Part shown: one piece after another, positions 15,329 through 20,000 of the stretch
Layout of the letters: every line of letters begins with the position of its first letter
How positions within the stretch are numbered: position 1 is the stretch's first letter
Source: an uncultured virus (IMG/VR IMGVR_UViG_3300030104_004432)
Lineage: Duplodnaviria > Heunggongvirae > Uroviricota > Caudoviricetes
Length of the DNA stretch: 20,000 nt
Virus record (IMG/VR): IMGVR_UViG_3300030104_004432
Direction: 5' to 3' (one strand)
The notes under the pieces: generated by a model
Database searches by the model: none
Told to the model about the DNA's origin: nothing
Seen by the model: the letters and a program-made list of their open reading frames with translations, nothing else
Position numbers and translations under genes: made by a program

Positions 15329-16376
15329 GAAAGAGATTGCTAGATGTAACAACATCCAGATGGCAAGGAAGATTCAACTTAACTCTGCTTATGGTGCTAT
15401 CGGCAATCAGTACTTCAGGTACTATAAACTTGCTAATGCCGAAGCCATTACCCTTTCTGGTCAAGTATCTATTCGTTGGATAGAGAATAAGATGAATGGT
15501 TATATGAATAAGATTTTAAAAACTGAGGGTGAAGATTATGTTATTGCTTCAGATACTGATTCCATCTATCTTAATTTGGGTCCTCTGGTTGAGGCTGTAT
15601 ACGAGGGCAGAGAGAAAACTAATGAAGGCATTGTTGGGTTCCTTAATAAGGTGTGTGAAACTCAATTTGAACCTTTTATTGAAAGTGCTTATGAAGAATT
15701 GGCCAGGTATGTAAATGCCTATGACCAAAAGATGTTTATGAAAAGAGAGAACATTGCTGATCGTGGTATATGGACTGCTAAGAAAAGATATATCTTAAAT
15801 GTGTGGGATAGTGAGGGTGTTCGATATGAAGAACCCAAACTTAAGATGATGGGTATTGAGGCAGTTAAATCTTCCACACCAGCACCTTGTAGAACTATGA
15901 TTAAGGATGCTCTTAAGTTGATGATGAATGGAACTGAGGATGAAGTTATTGATTATATTGATGCATGTCGTAAGGAATTCAAGACACTTCCACCAGAAGA
16001 TATAGCATTCCCAAGGACTGCATCTGATGTTCGTAAGTATTCTGCATCTTCTACAATATACGCCAAAGGAACTCCTATACATATACGTGGTGCATTATTA
16101 TTCAACCACTATGTCAAACAGAAAAAGTTGACTAATAAGTATTCACTTATCGGTAATGGGGAGAAAGTCAAGTTCCTCTATCTTAAGAAACCGAATATTA
16201 TTCAGGAAAATGTTGTATCCTTTATTCAAGATTTTCCTACAGAACTTGGTCTTGACAAATACATCGACTATGACCTACAATTTGAGAAGAGTTTTGTAGA
16301 ACCCCTCAAAGCAATTCTTGATGCCATAGGTTGGAATGTCGAGAAAACTGTAAACCTAGAACTATTTTTCTCCTAA
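15315..16376 (+). CDS. gp43: B-family DNA polymerase gp43, C-terminal part in the +1 frame (motifs B and C, thumb)
   Basis: KIQLNSAYG (motif B), ASDTDS (motif C), KKRY, KSSTP and clamp-binding tail LELFF; polymerase-like sequence begins at about 15315 (TKTLEKEIARCNN). Confidence 0.9.
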   Translation, partial: TKTLEKEIARCNNIQMARKIQLNSAYGAIGNQYFRYYKLANAEAITLSGQVSIRWIENKMNGYMNKILKTEGEDYVIASDTDSIYLNLGPLVEAVYEGREKTNEGIVGFLNKVCETQFEPFIESAYEELARYVNAYDQKMFMKRENIADRGIWTAKKRYILNVWDSEGVRYEEPKLKMMGIEAVKSSTPAPCRTMIKDALKLMMNGTEDEVIDYIDACRKEFKTLPPEDIAFPRTASDVRKYSASSTIYAKGTPIHIRGALLFNHYVKQKKLTNKYSLIGNGEKVKFLYLKKPNIIQENVVSFIQDFPTELGLDKYIDYDLQFEKSFVEPLKAILDAIGWNVEKTVNLELFFS

Positions 16377-16594
16377 TGGAATTACCTATCGACCAGAAAG
16401 ATTTGAAAACAATAGTAAATGCTCTTGCATTAGGAGGTGATACTAGGTTATATCATCTACTAAGAGGGTATATTGTTACTGAGGAATATCAAATGGGTGG
16501 TGATATGATAACAGGAGAATTCCAACCAGATACTACTCAGTTCTTCTCAGAATCTGATGATTATTATTGTAAACAAAGTCAATGTGACATTTAA
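16376..16594 (+). CDS. hypothetical protein (72 aa, MELPIDQKDL...)
   Basis: The TAATG overlap with the gp43 stop supports the ATG at 16376. Confidence 0.7.
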   Translation: MELPIDQKDLKTIVNALALGGDTRLYHLLRGYIVTEEYQMGGDMITGEFQPDTTQFFSESDDYYCKQSQCDI

Positions 16595-16609
16595 AAGAGT
16601 AAATTAATT

Positions 16610-17617
16610 ATGGACTTTCTAAAAGAAATTGTAAAAGAAATTGGTGATGATTACACCCAATTAGCAGCAGACATAGATGGACAAGAAAAATTCATCGATA
16701 CAGGATCGTACATCTTTAATGCAATGGTTAGCGGTTCCATTTATGGTGGCGTATCTAGCAATAAGATTACTGCCATCGCTGGTGAGTCTAGTACTGGTAA
16801 AACTTACTTCTCCCTCGCAGTGGTCAAGAATTTTTTGGATAGTAATCCTGACGGTTACTGTCTTTATTTCGATACTGAAGCTGCCGTTAATAAAGGATTA
16901 CTTGAGTCTCGTGGGATTGATATGAATCGTTTAGTGGTCGTTAATGTGGTGACCATTGAGGAATTCCGTACCAAGGCACTTAAGTCTGTTGATATATACT
17001 TAAACAAACCTGAAGAAGAACGCAAACCTTGTATGTTTGTGTTAGACTCTTTAGGTATGCTTTCAACAGAGAAAGAGATTAGAGACGCATTGGATGATAA
17101 ACAAGTTCGGGATATGACCAAATCTCAACTTGTAAAGGGGGCGTTTAGAATGCTTACTCTTAAGTTGGGTCAAGCAAACATTCCACTTATAGTCACAAAT
17201 CACACCTACGATGTCATCGGATCTTATGTCCCAACTAAAGAAATGGGAGGAGGCTCTGGTCTCAAATATGCCGCAAGTACGATCATTTATCTCTCGAAGA
17301 AAAAGGAAAAGGATCAGAAAGAAGTTATTGGTAACATTATTAAAGCTAAGACGCATAAATCGAGACTCTCTAGAGAAAATAAAGAAGTAAATATACGTCT
17401 TTATTATGATGAAAGGGGTCTTGATAGATATTATGGTCTCCTGGAATTGGGAGAGATTGGAGGATTATGGAAGAATGTAGCAGGAAGATATGAGATGAAT
17501 GGTAAAAAGATATATGCTAAACAGATTCTTGCTGAACCTGAAACCTACTTTACTGACGAAGTAATGCAAGCTCTTGACGAGATTGCTCAAAACCAATTTA
17601 GTTATGGAACGAATTGA
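16610..17617 (+). CDS. uvsX: RecA-like recombinase UvsX
   Basis: Walker A GESSTGKT, YFDTE, VLDSLG, TNHTY and GGGSG; located between gp43 and gp41. Confidence 0.95.
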   Translation: MDFLKEIVKEIGDDYTQLAADIDGQEKFIDTGSYIFNAMVSGSIYGGVSSNKITAIAGESSTGKTYFSLAVVKNFLDSNPDGYCLYFDTEAAVNKGLLESRGIDMNRLVVVNVVTIEEFRTKALKSVDIYLNKPEEERKPCMFVLDSLGMLSTEKEIRDALDDKQVRDMTKSQLVKGAFRMLTLKLGQANIPLIVTNHTYDVIGSYVPTKEMGGGSGLKYAASTIIYLSKKKEKDQKEVIGNIIKAKTHKSRLSRENKEVNIRLYYDERGLDRYYGLLELGEIGGLWKNVAGRYEMNGKKIYAKQILAEPETYFTDEVMQALDEIAQNQFSYGTN

Positions 17618-18983
17618 GACCACCATTCTCAGAAACCTTATTTTTAATGAAGATTATTCTAGAAAGGTTATTCCTTTCATCAAACCAGAATATTTTGATC
17701 AAAGATCTGAAAAGGTAATCTTTGAAGAGATAACTCAATTTATTATAAAATATGGTTCTGCTATTACTATTGAAGCTCTTAATATTGAGACTGAAAATAG
17801 AACAGACCTTAATGAGAATGAAGTAAAAGAAGTTAGAGAAATCAACGAATCATTTACTGATTCTGTTGTTGATAGTCAATGGTTAATTGACTCAACTGAA
17901 AAATGGTGTAGAGATCGTGCTATATATTTGGCATTGATGGAATCTATTGCACTAGCAGATGGCCAGGATGAAACTAAAGGAAGGGATGCTATCCCTACTA
18001 TTCTCTCTGATGCATTATCTGTTTCTTTCGATAATCATATAGGTCATGATTATTTAAATGACTATGAAGAAAGATATGAATCGTATCACAAAAAAGAAGA
18101 CAAGATCCCGTTCGACCTTGAGTATTTTGACAAGATTACGAAAGGAGGTCTTCCGAATAAAACTCTCAACATTGCTCTTGCTGGCACAGGGGTTGGAAAG
18201 TCTTTATTTATGTGCCACATGGCTAGCAGTGTCCTCCTCCAAGGGAAGAACGTCCTCTACATCACTCTCGAAATGGCAGAGGAAAAGATTGCGGAGAGGA
18301 TCGATGCTAACCTACTTAATGTTAATATACAAGATATAACAGATTTACCTAGACCAATGTTTGAGTCTAAGGTAACTAATCTTGCTCAGAAAACGCAAGG
18401 AACTCTTATCATTAAAGAGTATCCAACTGCTTCTGCACACAGTGGACACTTTAAGGCATTGTTGCAAGAATTGTCATTAAAGAAATCATTCAGACCAGAT
18501 ATTATATTCATAGATTATCTAAACATATGTGCATCATCCAGATATAAAGCAGGTAGTAATGTCAACTCCTATTCGTTCATCAAAGCAATCGCAGAAGAAT
18601 TACGGGGTCTCGCAGTTGAGACGAACCTTCCGATTGTATCTGCCACTCAAACTACTCGTAGCGGTTTTGGTAGTAGTGATGTTGACCTCACTGACACCTC
18701 TGAATCTTTTGGACTCCCTGCTACTGCTGACCTTATGTTTGCCCTTATTTCTACAGAAGAGTTGGAGGGGTTAAATCAAATAATGGTTAAGCAATTAAAG
18801 AATAGATATAATGATCCTACCATCTTCAAGAGATTTGTTGTGGGTATTGATCGTGCCAAGATGAGGTTGTATGATGTTGAGCAAAAAGCACAGGAGGATA
18901 TCCTTGACAGTGGACAAGAAGAAGAGTATAATGGTTCTGAAGAAAAACCTAAGAAATCATTTGAGGGATTTAAGTTTTCATGA
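17604..18983 (+). CDS. gp41: replicative DnaB-like helicase (T4 gp41)
   Basis: Walker A AGTGVGKS, ITLEM, IDYLN, SATQTTR, SESFGLP and KNRY; ATG at 17604 (MERIE). Confidence 0.96.
   Translation: MERIETTILRNLIFNEDYSRKVIPFIKPEYFDQRSEKVIFEEITQFIIKYGSAITIEALNIETENRTDLNENEVKEVREINESFTDSVVDSQWLIDSTEKWCRDRAIYLALMESIALADGQDETKGRDAIPTILSDALSVSFDNHIGHDYLNDYEERYESYHKKEDKIPFDLEYFDKITKGGLPNKTLNIALAGTGVGKSLFMCHMASSVLLQGKNVLYITLEMAEEKIAERIDANLLNVNIQDITDLPRPMFESKVTNLAQKTQGTLIIKEYPTASAHSGHFKALLQELSLKKSFRPDIIFIDYLNICASSRYKAGSNVNSYSFIKAIAEELRGLAVETNLPIVSATQTTRSGFGSSDVDLTDTSESFGLPATADLMFALISTEELEGLNQIMVKQLKNRYNDPTIFKRFVVGIDRAKMRLYDVEQKAQEDILDSGQEEEYNGSEEKPKKSFEGFKFS
18904..18932 (+). promoter_or_regulatory. perfect-consensus sigma70 promoter inside the gp41 3' end
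   Basis: TTGACA (18904-18909), 17 nt, TATAAT (18927-18932). Confidence 0.8.
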
Positions 18984-19111
18984 CTTTAAGAACACATACG
19001 ATAGAAAAGAAAAACGAACAACACAATCAAGAGTGGAGTTGGGAAGAAACTCCTAAAGTGTTAGCAGCACTAAAAGAACTAAGAAAATCTGAAGAAGCAA
19101 CAAATGACTAA
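18980..19111 (+). CDS. small hypothetical protein (43 aa, MTLRTHTIEKKNEQHNQEWSWEETP...)
   Basis: Manually translated; ATGA overlap with gp41 and an 8-nt overlap with mazG. Confidence 0.65.
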   Translation: MTLRTHTIEKKNEQHNQEWSWEETPKVLAALKELRKSEEATND

Positions 19112-19514
19112 ACAAGTTGATACTCAAAAGTATACTGAGTTTGTAGACGCAGTTACATCTAACGAAAGTAAAAGTTCTGAATCATTTTCAGTTCGTTTAA
19201 GAGAACTTTATGGAGAAGGTCTTCCTGTAGAAAGACTTCTTACTGCTGCGGTAGGGATGTCTGCTGAGTCTGGTGAGTTTACTGAGATAGTTAAGAAGAT
19301 GATATTCCAAGGTAAACCAGTTAATGAAGAGAATCTATTTCATCTTAAGAGAGAACTTGGAGATATCATGTGGTATGTTGCTCAGGCATGTATGGCACTT
19401 GATACAGACTTCAATGAAATCATTGAGATGAATGTTGACAAATTAAAGTCACGTTATCCTGGTGGAGAATTTGATGTTCATTTTTCAGAAAACAGAAAGG
19501 AGGGTGATGTATGA
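19104..19514 (+). CDS. mazG: MazG-like nucleoside triphosphate pyrophosphohydrolase
   Basis: ESGEFTE...RELGDIMWY (ExxE...ExxD) and [10 protein letters not shown]. Confidence 0.93.
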   Translation: MTKQVDTQKYTEFVDAVTSNESKSSESFSVRLRELYGEGLPVERLLTAAVGMSAESGEFTEIVKKMIFQGKPVNEENLFHLKRELGDIMWYVAQACMALDTDFNEIIEMNVDKLKSRYPGGEFDVHFSENRKEGDV

Positions 19515-20000
19515 ACTACTACGCATTATTAAGTGTTTCAGATAAAACAGGTATTGTAGATTTTGGAGAAGGATTGATCCGTGCTGGATATACTCTTATA
19601 TCAAGTGGCGGAACTCATGCTGCTCTTCAAGCAGAAGGTATACCAGTAATGAGGGTGTCTGATTATACTGGTTCACCAGAAATTCTTGATGGAAGAGTAA
19701 AAACTTTACATCCAAAGATTCATGGTGGTATTCTTGCTCAACGTGATAGTTCTAGTCATGATTTAGATCGTAAGGTAAATCGTATTGAGTTAATTGATAT
19801 TGTTGCAGTCAATCTATATCCATTCAAAGAAACAGTTGCTAAACCAGATGTAACTCTTGAAGATGCGATTGAGAATATCGATATTGGTGGTCCTAGTATG
19901 GTGAGATCAGCAGCAAAGAATTTTAAGGATGTTGCTGTATTAACTAATCCAAATCAGTATGGAATTTATCTTGATGCAATGAACGGTAATATATCTTCTG
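19511..20000 (+). CDS. purH: PurH IMP cyclohydrolase domain, 3'-truncated by the window
   Basis: Manual translation: [46 protein letters not shown] and [18 protein letters not shown]. Confidence 0.95.
   Translation, partial: MNYYALLSVSDKTGIVDFGEGLIRAGYTLISSGGTHAALQAEGIPVMRVSDYTGSPEILDGRVKTLHPKIHGGILAQRDSSSHDLDRKVNRIELIDIVAVNLYPFKETVAKPDVTLEDAIENIDIGGPSMVRSAAKNFKDVAVLTNPNQYGIYLDAMNGNISS

Noticed and set aside
1..20000. tRNA, rRNA, CRISPR array, transposase or homing endonuclease
   Set aside because: None recognised; intergenic gaps are short and are explained by small ORFs, promoters and terminators.

Overview
This is an AT-rich segment of a T4-like cyanomyovirus (Kyanoviridae; probably infecting Prochlorococcus or Synechococcus), with all supported genes on the + strand. 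It covers the core replication module: a VWA/CobT-like protein, CobS-like AAA+ ATPase, gp45, gp44, gp62, regA, hsp20, gp43, uvsX, gp41, mazG and the start of purH. Accessory blocks between the core genes carry a cytidylyltransferase, a DenV-like glycosylase, a Dam-like methylase, ferredoxin, a HAD-type phosphomannomutase and many small proteins. Most notable: (i) gp43 is broken by a +1 frame change with about a dozen residues apparently missing in the fingers domain (artefact, defective genome or split gene); (ii) the hsp20 leader has a ROSE-like UCGCU/AGGAG hairpin; (iii) an exact CTTA-N7-CTTA pho-box-like repeat precedes an uncalled 44-aa ORF; (iv) a very basic protein has a T4-type capsid-targeting N-terminus behind a late promoter; (v) one gene has three in-frame starts, each matched to a different transcript source. 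Family assignments come from motif recognition, not database searches.
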